Shown: piece by piece, positions 54,189-62,718 of the stretch
Layout: the number at the start of each line of letters is the position of its first letter
Numbering within the stretch: the stretch's first letter is position 1
Assembly (NCBI GenBank): GCA_036374815.1
Contig: DASUSZ010000130.1
Location: 2,732 to 66,731 of the forward strand
Length of the DNA stretch: 64,000 nt
Reading direction: 5' to 3'
Source of the DNA: Vicinamibacterales bacterium
GTDB taxonomy: Bacteria; Acidobacteriota; Vicinamibacteria; Vicinamibacterales; UBA2999
Made by a program: the position numbers and the translations under genes
The notes under the pieces: generated by a model
What the model was told of the DNA's origin: nothing
Databases searched by the model: none
What the model saw: only the letters and a program-made list of their open reading frames with translations

Positions 54189-54224
54189 CTGCCGCGGGCC
54201 GACGCCCGTGGCGGGAGCTTTTTT
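54189..54224 (+). promoter_or_regulatory. Second hairpin plus U6 immediately upstream of the TBDR start; partly sequesters the GGGAG Shine-Dalgarno
   Basis: CTGCCGCGGGC-CGAC-GCCCGTGGCGG (about 11 bp including G:U pairs), then GAGC TTTTTT ATG. The GGGAG at 54213-54217 overlaps the 3' base of the stem. The 9-mer TTTTTAACT occurs twice (54161-54169 and 54182-54190). Confidence 0.4.
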
Positions 54225-56867
54225 ATGCGTACGTTTCGTCTTTGTGTCTTTCTGTCTGCGATAGCGCTTGCCGCTTCGGCGTCCGCGGCCACCATCAGCG
54301 GCGTCATTACCGACAGCAGCGGCGCGGCGTTGCCGTCGACGCGCGTCGTTCTCAAGTCACTCGCCAGCGGCGAGGAAACGATTGTTGAAACCGATGCGTC
54401 CGGCCGTTACACCTTCGACGTGGCGGGCACGGGTTCGTATCTCGTGATTGTCAGCCGCCCCGGATTCTCCGAGGCCGCCCGCACCGTCGTGATCGATTCG
54501 GCGGAGCGCACCTTCGATCTGCCGCTGTCGCTCGAGCTCGGCGTGTTGAGCGACCAGGTGACGGTCACCTCGAGCCGCGGCGATCGCGAGGTCCGGCAGA
54601 TTCCGCTGCACGTCGAGACGCTGTCGCGCGCCGGCATCGAGCAGAGCAACGTGCTCTCGACCGGCGATGCGCTGGCCAGCGCCGTCAACGTCACACCCGT
54701 CGGCAACGGGCCGTTCGGCGTCCGTCCGCGGCTGCGCGGTCTCGATTCGACGCGCATGCTCGTACTGGTCGACGGCGAGCGGCTCAACACCGCGCGGCAG
54801 GCGACCGATCGCACCGGCGCGGAAGTCGGCTTGATCGCACCCGACACCATCAGCCGCGTCGAGATCATCAACGGCGCAGGAACGCTGATGTACGGATCCG
54901 ACGCCCTCGCCGGTACGGTCAACATCATCACCAACGAGACGGCGTTCTCGCCGACGCGGCAGCTCCAGTACGGCTTCAACGGCTTCTACAGCTCCAACGA
55001 GAACGGCATGCGCGGCACCGTGACGCTCGGCGGGTCGTCGCCGCGGGCCACGTTCCGGATCCAGGCCGGCGCCGAGAAGTACGATAACTACCAGGCCGGA
55101 TCGTTCGACCTCGAAGACACGCGTCCACTCTACGCGGATGGCACGCTGCGCCAGGCCGACACGATCGACACGAACTTCGGCTTCAACTTCCGCGCCTTCC
55201 CCGACCCGTTCAACCAGCCGTTCGTGCGCACCGATGCGGAGATCTTGAACTCGCAGGCCGAGGGCAAGTTCGTCAACGCCTCGGGCCTCTTCAAGCTCGG
55301 TGATCGCCGCACGCTGCGTCTCCGCTACCAGAGCCGCCGGATGGAGAACATCGGCTTCCCCGACTTCGAGCAGCCCTACTTCTTCAACGACACGTCGCTG
55401 CCGCACAGCAATCTCGACAAGTTCTCGGCGCGCTATGAAGCGCGGTCGCTCACCCCGTGGCTCGCCAACCTCTCGCTCACCGCGTATTACCAGCGCACCG
55501 AACGCCTGCTGCGCACGACGCTGCCGATCCAGTTCCCGGCCCCGACCGCGGGAGCCTTCTTCCCGATCTCGGTGTTCCGTCTCGACATCCTGTCCGACAC
55601 CGAGCAGCGGGTCTGGACACCTGGCGTCGATCTCAATGCCGTGTTCGTGCCGGCCAAGGATCACTTGCTGACGACCGGCGTCACCTTCTATCGCGATCGC
55701 AGCAGCGATCAGCGGACGACGACGACGCAGATGTCGCTGCTGGGACAGGTGGCGCTCGGCGCCCGCGGCCCGGCGCCCGTGGTGTTCCCTTCGCCGGTCG
55801 CCATCGGGCCGCCGGCGATCGCACACCCGGTCCGCGTGCCGGACGCGAGCCTTCGCGATGTTGCGGTGTTCGCGCAGGACGAGTGGCGCGTCAGGCCGTC
55901 GCTGTCGGTCGTCGCCGGCCTGCGCGGCGACTTCTATACGGTGGTCACCGAAGCCACGCCGGGCTATGACGTGCAGGCGGTGATCGGCAACGCCACGCCG
56001 GCGATCGATCAGAGCAAGCTCCCCGATCCGAACGGCGCCACCTATTCGCGCAACGCCCTCACCGGCGACATCGGCATCGTCTCGAATCCGGATGGCGCCA
56101 TCAACCCGTTCGTCCGATTTGGCCGCAGCTACCGCCATCCGAACCTGGAGGAAATGCTGTTCGCGGGCACGGCGACGAGCGGCAGCCTCCTGCCGAACGT
56201 CACGGTCGAGCCCGAAACCGGCAACAACTTCGATGCGGGCGTGAAGTTCCGCGCCGGCTCGTTCAGCGGCGGCGCTTACTACTTCCTGAACCAGTATCAG
56301 AACTTCATCGCGCAGGATCTCGTGGTCGCCAGCAACGCTGCCGGTCCGCTCGCCCAGGCGCGCAACTTCGGCAACGTGCGCGTCACCGGCGTCGAGCTGT
56401 CCGGCGCGATGCCGATCACGCTGCGTCCCGGAGTGCTGACGCTGACCGGCTCGGCGGCGCTGACGCGCGGCACGATTCGCGAGGGCACCAACCCCCTCGA
56501 CAACAGCTCGCTCGCCGACACGCCGTTCGACAACATCACGCCGTCGAAGGTGATCGCCAACGCCCGCTTCACGCAGTCGCGCGGCCGCTGGTGGGTTGAG
56601 TACGGCGTGCGCGCGCAGGGCGAAGTCAGGCGCGTCGCCGCCACGCTGCTCGACTCGCCGTTCCTGATCGCGCAGGACCTGCTCTCGCTCGACGGCTTCG
56701 CCGTGCATCGCGCCGGCGCCGGCATCAACCTGTCGAGCGGCCGGAACCGCGCGGCGTTGACCTTCGCCGTCGAGAACCTTGCCGATCTCTACTACCGTGA
56801 GCACTTCCAGTTCGCGCCGTCGCGCGGCCGGAGCTTCACGATCGGGCTCAACGTCGGAGCGTTTTAG
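54225..56867 (+). CDS. TonB-dependent receptor with N-terminal carboxypeptidase-regulatory-like domain
   Basis: Track ORF 54225..56867. It has a signal peptide (LCVFLSAIALAASASAA), a CarboxypepD_reg-like block (ISGVITDSSGAALPSTRVVLKS...GSYLVIVSRPGF), a plug (GLDSTRMLVLVDGERLN) and the C-terminal FTIGLNVGAF. Confidence 0.9.
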   Translation: MRTFRLCVFLSAIALAASASAATISGVITDSSGAALPSTRVVLKSLASGEETIVETDASGRYTFDVAGTGSYLVIVSRPGFSEAARTVVIDSAERTFDLPLSLELGVLSDQVTVTSSRGDREVRQIPLHVETLSRAGIEQSNVLSTGDALASAVNVTPVGNGPFGVRPRLRGLDSTRMLVLVDGERLNTARQATDRTGAEVGLIAPDTISRVEIINGAGTLMYGSDALAGTVNIITNETAFSPTRQLQYGFNGFYSSNENGMRGTVTLGGSSPRATFRIQAGAEKYDNYQAGSFDLEDTRPLYADGTLRQADTIDTNFGFNFRAFPDPFNQPFVRTDAEILNSQAEGKFVNASGLFKLGDRRTLRLRYQSRRMENIGFPDFEQPYFFNDTSLPHSNLDKFSARYEARSLTPWLANLSLTAYYQRTERLLRTTLPIQFPAPTAGAFFPISVFRLDILSDTEQRVWTPGVDLNAVFVPAKDHLLTTGVTFYRDRSSDQRTTTTQMSLLGQVALGARGPAPVVFPSPVAIGPPAIAHPVRVPDASLRDVAVFAQDEWRVRPSLSVVAGLRGDFYTVVTEATPGYDVQAVIGNATPAIDQSKLPDPNGATYSRNALTGDIGIVSNPDGAINPFVRFGRSYRHPNLEEMLFAGTATSGSLLPNVTVEPETGNNFDAGVKFRAGSFSGGAYYFLNQYQNFIAQDLVVASNAAGPLAQARNFGNVRVTGVELSGAMPITLRPGVLTLTGSAALTRGTIREGTNPLDNSSLADTPFDNITPSKVIANARFTQSRGRWWVEYGVRAQGEVRRVAATLLDSPFLIAQDLLSLDGFAVHRAGAGINLSSGRNRAALTFAVENLADLYYREHFQFAPSRGRSFTIGLNVGAF

Positions 56868-56869
56868 CC

Positions 56870-57565
56870 ATGTCTGCGCAAGCGGTTCACTACGTTCCGA
56901 TCGTCACGACGATCCTTGCGGTGATCTTCTCGGCGGAGATTTTCCGCCGCTATCGAGAGCACCCCGAGCGCCTGCACCTGTGGTGGTGGGCGTTCGGCAT
57001 CGCGGTCTACGGCGTCGGCACGTTCACCGAAGCGGCGACGACGGTGGTGGGGTGGAACGAGCCGACGTTCCGGGCGTGGTACATCTCGGGCGCGCTGCTC
57101 GGCGGCGCGCCGCTCGCCCAGGGCACGGTCTACCTGCTGCTGGCGCGCCGCACCGCGCACCTGCTGACGGTGCTGCTCGTCAGCTTCGTCGCGATCGCGT
57201 CGGTGGCGGTGTTGCTGTCGCCGATCGACTACTCGCAGGTCGAAACGCATCGCCTGACCGGGCGCGTCTTCGCGTGGCAGTGGGTGAGGGCGTTCAGCCC
57301 GTTCGTCAACATGTACGCCGTGGTGTTCCTGATCGGCGGCGCGATTCTCTCGGCGCTGCGCTATACCGCCAACCCGGCGACGCGTCATCGCGTGATCGCC
57401 AACGTGCTGATCGCGGTCGGCGCGATCCTGCCCGGCATCGGCGGCACGGCGACGCGCATGGGCTACACCGAAGTGCTCTACGTCACCGAGCTCGCGGGAC
57501 TGCTGCTGACGTGGATGGGCTATCGCATGAGCGTCCGGCCAGTCTCGATGCCGGTTACTGCGTGA
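56870..57565 (+). CDS. Hypothetical 6-TM membrane protein
   Basis: Track ORF 56870..57565. The ATG lies 2 nt after the TBDR stop. It has six hydrophobic helices, no recognised motif and high GC3. Confidence 0.65.
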   Translation: MSAQAVHYVPIVTTILAVIFSAEIFRRYREHPERLHLWWWAFGIAVYGVGTFTEAATTVVGWNEPTFRAWYISGALLGGAPLAQGTVYLLLARRTAHLLTVLLVSFVAIASVAVLLSPIDYSQVETHRLTGRVFAWQWVRAFSPFVNMYAVVFLIGGAILSALRYTANPATRHRVIANVLIAVGAILPGIGGTATRMGYTEVLYVTELAGLLLTWMGYRMSVRPVSMPVTA

Positions 57566-58088
57566 CGCGGTAGTTCACATACACGCATCCACCATCGAGC
57601 TGGCGGGTCTCCGTCAGCTCGAGGCTGATGCGCCCGCCGGCATCGAGGAACGCCGGCGCGCCGCCGCCGAGCAGCACCGGGTGAATGTTCAAGCCGACTT
57701 CGTCGACCACGCCGGCCTTGAGCAGCGATGCGGCGAAATCGCCGCCGCTCATCACGATGATGTCCCTTCCTGGCTCGGACTTCAGCTGCTTCACGAACGC
57801 GCCGGCATCGCTCGTCACGAGCTCGGCCTTCCTGTCCGGGATCGATGTGAGCGTGCGCGAGAACACGTAGCTCTTGATGCCGGCGAACGCGGCATCATCG
57901 GCGGGGCCCGGCTGCGACGAGGCCCACTCCCACGTCTTGCGTCCAAACAGGATCGTGTCGACGGTCGCCCACGACTTGCGCATGATCTCCTGGACCGCCT
58001 TGCCGTGGATCAGCCAGTCGACGCTGCCGTTGCGATCGGTGAAAAACCCATCGAGACTGCACGCGCCGCCGTAAATGACCTTCCGCAT
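57555..58088 (-). CDS. Dihydrofolate-reductase-family protein (RibD C-terminal domain type)
   Basis: Track ORF 57555..58088. The pattern MRKVIYGGACSLDGFFTDRNGSVDWL...TILFGRKTWEW...GGGAPAFLDAG is typical of YyaP/RibD_C-like proteins. A GGAGG lies 7 nt upstream of the ATG. Confidence 0.85.
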   Translation of the reverse strand: MRKVIYGGACSLDGFFTDRNGSVDWLIHGKAVQEIMRKSWATVDTILFGRKTWEWASSQPGPADDAAFAGIKSYVFSRTLTSIPDRKAELVTSDAGAFVKQLKSEPGRDIIVMSGGDFAASLLKAGVVDEVGLNIHPVLLGGGAPAFLDAGGRISLELTETRQLDGGCVYVNYRVTQ

Positions 58089-58105
58089 AGCGCATCCTCC
58101 GGGTA

Positions 58106-58125
58106 TTCTAAATACACATTTAGAA
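58106..58125. promoter_or_regulatory. Perfect palindrome TTCTAAAT-ACAC-ATTTAGAA, candidate TetR operator
   Basis: Read directly. It is AT-rich and lies in the divergent spacer between the DHFR-family gene and tetR, immediately downstream of the candidate minus-strand promoter. Confidence 0.55.
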
Positions 58126-58129
58126 ACAG

Positions 58130-58158
58130 ATACTAAACTGGCATTTATTAACTGTCAA
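58130..58158 (-). promoter_or_regulatory. Sigma70-like promoter reading toward the DHFR-family gene
   Basis: On the minus strand: TTGACA (58158..58153), a 17-nt spacer, then TAGTAT (58135..58130). The predicted +1 falls inside the palindrome at 58106-58125. Confidence 0.55.
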
Positions 58159-58161
58159 CTT

Positions 58162-58194
58162 CCGTAAGCCCGTAGGCCCGTAAGCCCGTAGCCC
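58162..58194. repeat. Octamer tandem repeat CCG TAAGCCCG TAGGCCCG TAAGCCCG TAGCCC abutting the tetR ATG
   Basis: Read directly. The array ends at the base before ATG 58195. No purine-rich Shine-Dalgarno is present. Confidence 0.9.
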
Positions 58195-58782
58195 ATGGCC
58201 AGACCGCAGAAAGTTACCGACGACGACATTTACACGGCCGCGCAGCGCGCGATGTCGCGGCTGGGCCCGGGAGAACTGACGCTCGCCGACATCGCCCAGG
58301 AAGCCGGCGTCACGGCGGGACTCCTGGTTCAGCGCTTCGGCTCAAAGCGCGATCTGCTGCTGTCGTTGTCGGAGAAATTCTCGGGCGGCGCGGGCGAGAT
58401 GTTCGCCGGGCTGCGCAAGGGCCATCGTTCACCGCTGGCGGCGCTTCGCGCCTACAGCGATTGCATGGCCCACATGGCCGCGACGCCTGCCGCCTTCGCG
58501 CGCAACTTCGCCTACCTGCAGATCGATCTGACCGATCCTGATTTCCGGAAGCACATCGCCAGGCACGCGGCGGCCAGCCGCGTGGAACTCCAGAAGCTCG
58601 TCCGCGAAGCGATCGCTGCCAAGGAGTTGAAGCCGGATACCAATGCTAAGCAGTTGGCGCGGACGATCGAAGCAGTGGTCGGCGGCTCGATGTTGAGCTG
58701 GGCCTTCTATCAGGAAGGCACCGCCCAAAAATGGATGCGGCATGACCTCGATGCCGTGTTGAAGCCCTACATCAGGGAATAG
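58195..58782 (+). CDS. TetR/AcrR-family transcriptional regulator
   Basis: Track ORF 58195..58782. The N-terminal HTH is IYTAAQRAMSRLGPGELTLADIAQEAGVTAGLLVQRFGSKRDLL. Confidence 0.9.
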   Translation: MARPQKVTDDDIYTAAQRAMSRLGPGELTLADIAQEAGVTAGLLVQRFGSKRDLLLSLSEKFSGGAGEMFAGLRKGHRSPLAALRAYSDCMAHMAATPAAFARNFAYLQIDLTDPDFRKHIARHAAASRVELQKLVREAIAAKELKPDTNAKQLARTIEAVVGGSMLSWAFYQEGTAQKWMRHDLDAVLKPYIRE

Positions 58783-58810
58783 GCGAACTTCTTGCACATA
58801 CCGCGAGCGT

Positions 58811-59995
58811 ATGCGCACTGCGCTCGCTGTCGTCACTCTCGCAGGTGCGGTCGCCCTTGGCGCGGCCACCATGTCCAGCCCGGACGACGACCAGAAGGCT
58901 GCGTCGAAACCTGCCGCTGCGGAGAAGAAGGACGACAAGAAAGATAAGAAGGACGACCAGGGCGGCAAGAAACCGCTCAAGTCGAAGACCGTGTCCGCTG
59001 AAGAACGCGTCGACGCGCTGTCGCGCGCCGCGGTGTGGATTGCGCCCCCGCCGATCGGCAAGGCCAACCTCGGCCCGCTGCCGAATCAGCCCAGGGAAGT
59101 GACGTGCACCTTCGAGATCTCGCAGCTCGGAGGCACCGCGCCCAAGTTCGATTGCAAGACCAAGGACGGCGAGAAGCTTCGCATCAAGTACGGACGCAGC
59201 CCCGAAGTGCCGTCGGAGGTCGCCGCCGCAAAGCTGCTGCACACGCTCGGTTTCGGCGCCGACAACGTCATCCTCGTCGAGAACGTGCGTTGCTACGGCT
59301 GCCCGGCCGAGCCCTTCATGACCATGAAGACGCTGGGTCTCGCCGGCGCCGAGAAACTCTACTCGAAGGTGATGGATCCGAAAGACTACAAGGATTTCGA
59401 GTGGGCGGCCGTCGAGCGCAAGCACTATGGGCGGCCGATCGAGACGGAGGAAGTCGAAGGCTGGGCGTTCTTCGAGCTCGATCTGATCGACCCGAAAAAA
59501 GGCGGCGCGCCGCGCGCCCATGTCGATGCGCTGCGCCTGCTGTCCGTGATGCTGTCGCACTGGGACAACAAGAGCGAGAACCAGCGCCTGGTCTGCCTGT
59601 CAGAGAAGGACTGGCCCGAGGGCGGCAAGTGCTCGAAGCCGTTCGCGATGCTGCAGGACGTCGGCTCGGCGTGGGGACCGCGCAAGGTCGATCTTCCCGA
59701 GTGGGAGAAAGCGCCGCTCTGGGCCGACCGCAAGACGTGCACGGCGTCGATGGATCACCTGCCGTATCACGGCGCCACGTTCAACCCGGTGAAGATCAGC
59801 GAGGCCGGCCGCAAGCATCTCGGCGGCCTGCTGACGCAGCTTTCCGATGCGCAGCTCGATGCGCTGTTCCGCAGCGCGCGCTTCGACCGCCCCACCGGCC
59901 TGGTCGTGCAGCAGACCACGCCGATCTCGGAGTGGGTGCGGGTGTTCAAGCAGAAGGTGAAGCAGGTTACCGACGGTCCGGCGTGTCCTCAGTAG
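58811..59995 (+). CDS. Secreted, Cys-rich hypothetical protein with protein-kinase-like motifs
   Basis: Track ORF 58811..59995. It has a signal peptide (MRTALAVVTLAGAVALGAA), a K/D-rich low-complexity segment and 8 Cys. The kinase-like motifs are LGGTAPKF, LRIK(126)YG, PSE(136)VAAAKLL, H(250)WDNKSEN(257) (nt 59558-59581) and D(283)VG. Confidence 0.7.
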   Translation: MRTALAVVTLAGAVALGAATMSSPDDDQKAASKPAAAEKKDDKKDKKDDQGGKKPLKSKTVSAEERVDALSRAAVWIAPPPIGKANLGPLPNQPREVTCTFEISQLGGTAPKFDCKTKDGEKLRIKYGRSPEVPSEVAAAKLLHTLGFGADNVILVENVRCYGCPAEPFMTMKTLGLAGAEKLYSKVMDPKDYKDFEWAAVERKHYGRPIETEEVEGWAFFELDLIDPKKGGAPRAHVDALRLLSVMLSHWDNKSENQRLVCLSEKDWPEGGKCSKPFAMLQDVGSAWGPRKVDLPEWEKAPLWADRKTCTASMDHLPYHGATFNPVKISEAGRKHLGGLLTQLSDAQLDALFRSARFDRPTGLVVQQTTPISEWVRVFKQKVKQVTDGPACPQ

Positions 59996-60947
59996 CACGG
60001 CCCGTCGAAGGCCGCCTTCGCAGCGAGCCGGCATCCACGGTCTCACCCTTGCGGTTGATCGCCTGGAAGAAGAATCCCTCGTCGCTGATTTCCGCGAGCA
60101 TGAAGTGATAGTCCTGATCGTAGCTGCGCGCGATCTGCGGCACCTGCCGCGCATCGCCGGCGCGCAGTGAGCCCGCGCCGCCGGTCACGAAATACAGGAT
60201 GCCGCGCTGCAGCTCCGAGCGCGCGTAGATGTGCTCGTGGCCGCTGAACACCACGTCGACCCCGCCATTGACGAACGCCGATTCGAGCGCCAGCCGGATG
60301 CCGCGCGCCGCGAGGCTGTAGCGGCCCGACGTGTAGACCGGGTGATGCATGAACGCGATCTTCCATTCAGCCCGCGACTCGGTGACCTCCTTCTCGAACC
60401 AGCGCAGCTGCTCGAGCGACAGGTAGGTGCTGTCGAGCGCGAAGAAGCGGACGCGGGTGTCCCAGCGCGTGATGGGATCGACCGGCGGCACGAACGTGTA
60501 GTACCGCTCGCCGCCCATGTTGAACGGCTTGTAGAAGATCTGGTTGGTGTCGTCGTGGTTGCCGAGCGCCGCGTAGAACTTCACGCCCGCATCGAGCAGC
60601 GGCTTATACGGCTCCTCGAACTTGAGGCGATAGTCTTCCTCGCTGGCAGGTCCTTCATAAATGTTGTCGCCGGCCATCAGCACGAATTCGAAGTCGAACC
60701 GCTGCCGATAGGCGGCCATCTGCGCGCCGACCTCGTGCTGGGCCTTGTCGCCGCGCCCGCTGTCGCCGATGATCGCGAACTTGATCGAGCGTTCGGCGTT
60801 GGGCAATGCGAGCTGGCCGGGCGCGATTGAGGCCGGTTGCAGGGCTTCGAGCGTCGGGCGTGCGGTCTCGTCCCTGGTCCGGTCATTCCAGCTGTTGCCG
60901 CAGGCGGTAAGAACGCTGATTTGAAGGCAGAGGACGAGCCAACGCAT
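59967..60947 (-). CDS. Calcineurin-like metallophosphoesterase lipoprotein (purple-acid-phosphatase-like)
   Basis: Track ORF 59967..60950 (GTG 60950 or ATG 60947). The signal is MRWLVLCLQISVLTAC. The motifs GDSG, AGDNIY, GNHD, HHP and GHEH appear in canonical order. Confidence 0.85.
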   Translation of the reverse strand: MRWLVLCLQISVLTACGNSWNDRTRDETARPTLEALQPASIAPGQLALPNAERSIKFAIIGDSGRGDKAQHEVGAQMAAYRQRFDFEFVLMAGDNIYEGPASEEDYRLKFEEPYKPLLDAGVKFYAALGNHDDTNQIFYKPFNMGGERYYTFVPPVDPITRWDTRVRFFALDSTYLSLEQLRWFEKEVTESRAEWKIAFMHHPVYTSGRYSLAARGIRLALESAFVNGGVDVVFSGHEHIYARSELQRGILYFVTGGAGSLRAGDARQVPQIARSYDQDYHFMLAEISDEGFFFQAINRKGETVDAGSLRRRPSTGRATEDTPDRR

Positions 60948-61090
60948 CACGAGTCGACCGATGCACGAAGTGCACCAACCCCCTGTGTAGCGCGAGGCCC
61001 AAACTGGGCATCGCCCGGTTCATGCTGATGAGGTAGACGGGGCACTTTTGGGCGCAACGGTGGCACAGCTATTGAAGTCATAACAGCGCC

Positions 61091-61771
61091 ATGACGAAGT
61101 TACTCTCGGCGTTGATCGCGCTCTCCACCGTGTTCGCGTTCGCGTGCAACCGTGCGGATAGCGCCGAACCTCGTGCGTTGGCCTCCGCCGACGCGCAGAG
61201 CAAACCCGCGACGAACGCAACTCCCGTGAACCCGCCGATTGGCCACGAGCCGGGCGTGACCCCGGACGGCAAGGCCATCAATCCGCAGGGCGCGGCGACG
61301 CTCGAATTCAAGAAGCACATCGACGCGTACATGAAGATTCACAACGAGGCCGAAAGCAAGGTGCCGGCCCTCAAGCGCACCGACGACCCGAAGGAGATTG
61401 CCGATCGGGAAACCGCGCTCGCCAAGATGATCATGACGCTGCGCGCCGGCGCGAAGCCCGGCGACATCTTCGCCCCCGAGTATCAGCCGTACTTCGTCAA
61501 GATCGTGCAGGACGACTTCAAGTTGCGCTCCGCCGCCGACCGCAAGGCGCTCGTCGCCGAGCTGCCGAAGAACATCAAGGTCGACATCAACACCGTCTAC
61601 CCCACGACGCTGCCGCTCGAGACGTTCCCGCCGGCGCTGCTCAGGAAGCTCCCCGATCTTCCGCAGGAGCTCGAATACCGCATCGTCGGGCGCAGCTTGA
61701 TTCTGCGCGACGTCAAGGCCAATCTGATTGTCGACATCCTTCGAGACGTGGTGCCGACCATTCCGAGCTGA
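61091..61771 (+). CDS. Hypothetical lipoprotein
   Basis: Track ORF 61091..61771. The signal is MTKLLSALIALSTVFAFAC. It has high GC3 and no recognised motif. Confidence 0.65.
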   Translation: MTKLLSALIALSTVFAFACNRADSAEPRALASADAQSKPATNATPVNPPIGHEPGVTPDGKAINPQGAATLEFKKHIDAYMKIHNEAESKVPALKRTDDPKEIADRETALAKMIMTLRAGAKPGDIFAPEYQPYFVKIVQDDFKLRSAADRKALVAELPKNIKVDINTVYPTTLPLETFPPALLRKLPDLPQELEYRIVGRSLILRDVKANLIVDILRDVVPTIPS

Positions 61772-61784
61772 CGTGGGATAGATC

Positions 61785-62708
61785 ATGAAGAAGTCATCCG
61801 TTCGCCTCTTCGTTTCGTGCTGGGCCCTGCTCGCGGTCGCCTGCCTCACCACCACCCAGGCGCTCAACGATCAGCAACAGCAGCCGCGCGCGCCGGTGGC
61901 GCAGATCGGCGCCGCCACCGAAGTCCAGCCGCCGGTCGGCAAGGACTCGGTGAAGTTCCTGGTGATCGGCGACAGCGGCACCGGCGATCGCGCGCAGACG
62001 GAAACCGCCGCGCAGATGTGGAAGGCGCACGCGGCGTTCCCGTACGAGTTCGCGATCATGCTCGGCGACAACATGTACGGCTCGGAGCGGCCGCAGGATT
62101 ACGTGTCGAAGTTCGAGCGGCCGTTCAAGCCGCTGCTCGACAACAAGATCGAGTTCTATGCCGCGCTGGGCAACCACGACGATCCGAACCAGCGCTTCTA
62201 CAAGAACTTCGGCATGGGCGGGAAGCGCTTCTACACGTTCGAGAAGAAGGACGCCAAGTTCTTCGTGCTCGACAGCAACTACATGGACCAGGACCAGCAG
62301 AAGTGGCTCGACAACGAGCTGTCGCGCACCGGCTCGAAGTGGAAGATCGCCTACTTCCACCACCCGATTTACTCGTCCGGCGGCCGCCACGGATCGGAGG
62401 TCGACCTGCGGTCGATCATCGAGCCGATGTTCATCAAGTACAACCTGAACGTGGTGTTCGCCGGGCACGAGCACTTCTACGAACGGTTGAAGCCGCAAAA
62501 GGGCATCCACTATTTCACCGCCGGCGGTTCGGCGAAGCTGCGCGCCGGCGACATCATGCAGAACTCGGGCATGACCGCGAAGGGTTTCGATACCGAGCAG
62601 AGCTTCATGCTGGTCGAGATCGACGGCGACGTGATGCGGTTCCAGACGATTTCGCGGCGCGGCCGTCGCGTCGATTCCGGCGAGGTGCGCCGGACCCCGT
62701 CTTCCTAG
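61785..62708 (+). CDS. Calcineurin-like metallophosphoesterase (paralogue of 59967..60947)
   Basis: Track ORF 61785..62708. It has a signal peptide and the motifs GDSGTGD, LGDNMY, GNHDD, FHHPIYSSG and GHEHFYER. Confidence 0.85.
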   Translation: MKKSSVRLFVSCWALLAVACLTTTQALNDQQQQPRAPVAQIGAATEVQPPVGKDSVKFLVIGDSGTGDRAQTETAAQMWKAHAAFPYEFAIMLGDNMYGSERPQDYVSKFERPFKPLLDNKIEFYAALGNHDDPNQRFYKNFGMGGKRFYTFEKKDAKFFVLDSNYMDQDQQKWLDNELSRTGSKWKIAYFHHPIYSSGGRHGSEVDLRSIIEPMFIKYNLNVVFAGHEHFYERLKPQKGIHYFTAGGSAKLRAGDIMQNSGMTAKGFDTEQSFMLVEIDGDVMRFQTISRRGRRVDSGEVRRTPSS

Positions 62709-62718
62709 AAGGGCAGTC

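Noticed and set aside
54127-54224. Cobalamin or other riboswitch upstream of the TonB-dependent receptor
   Set aside because: Only 98 nt are available, they hold two simple hairpins, and I could find nothing resembling a B12 box or other known riboswitch core.
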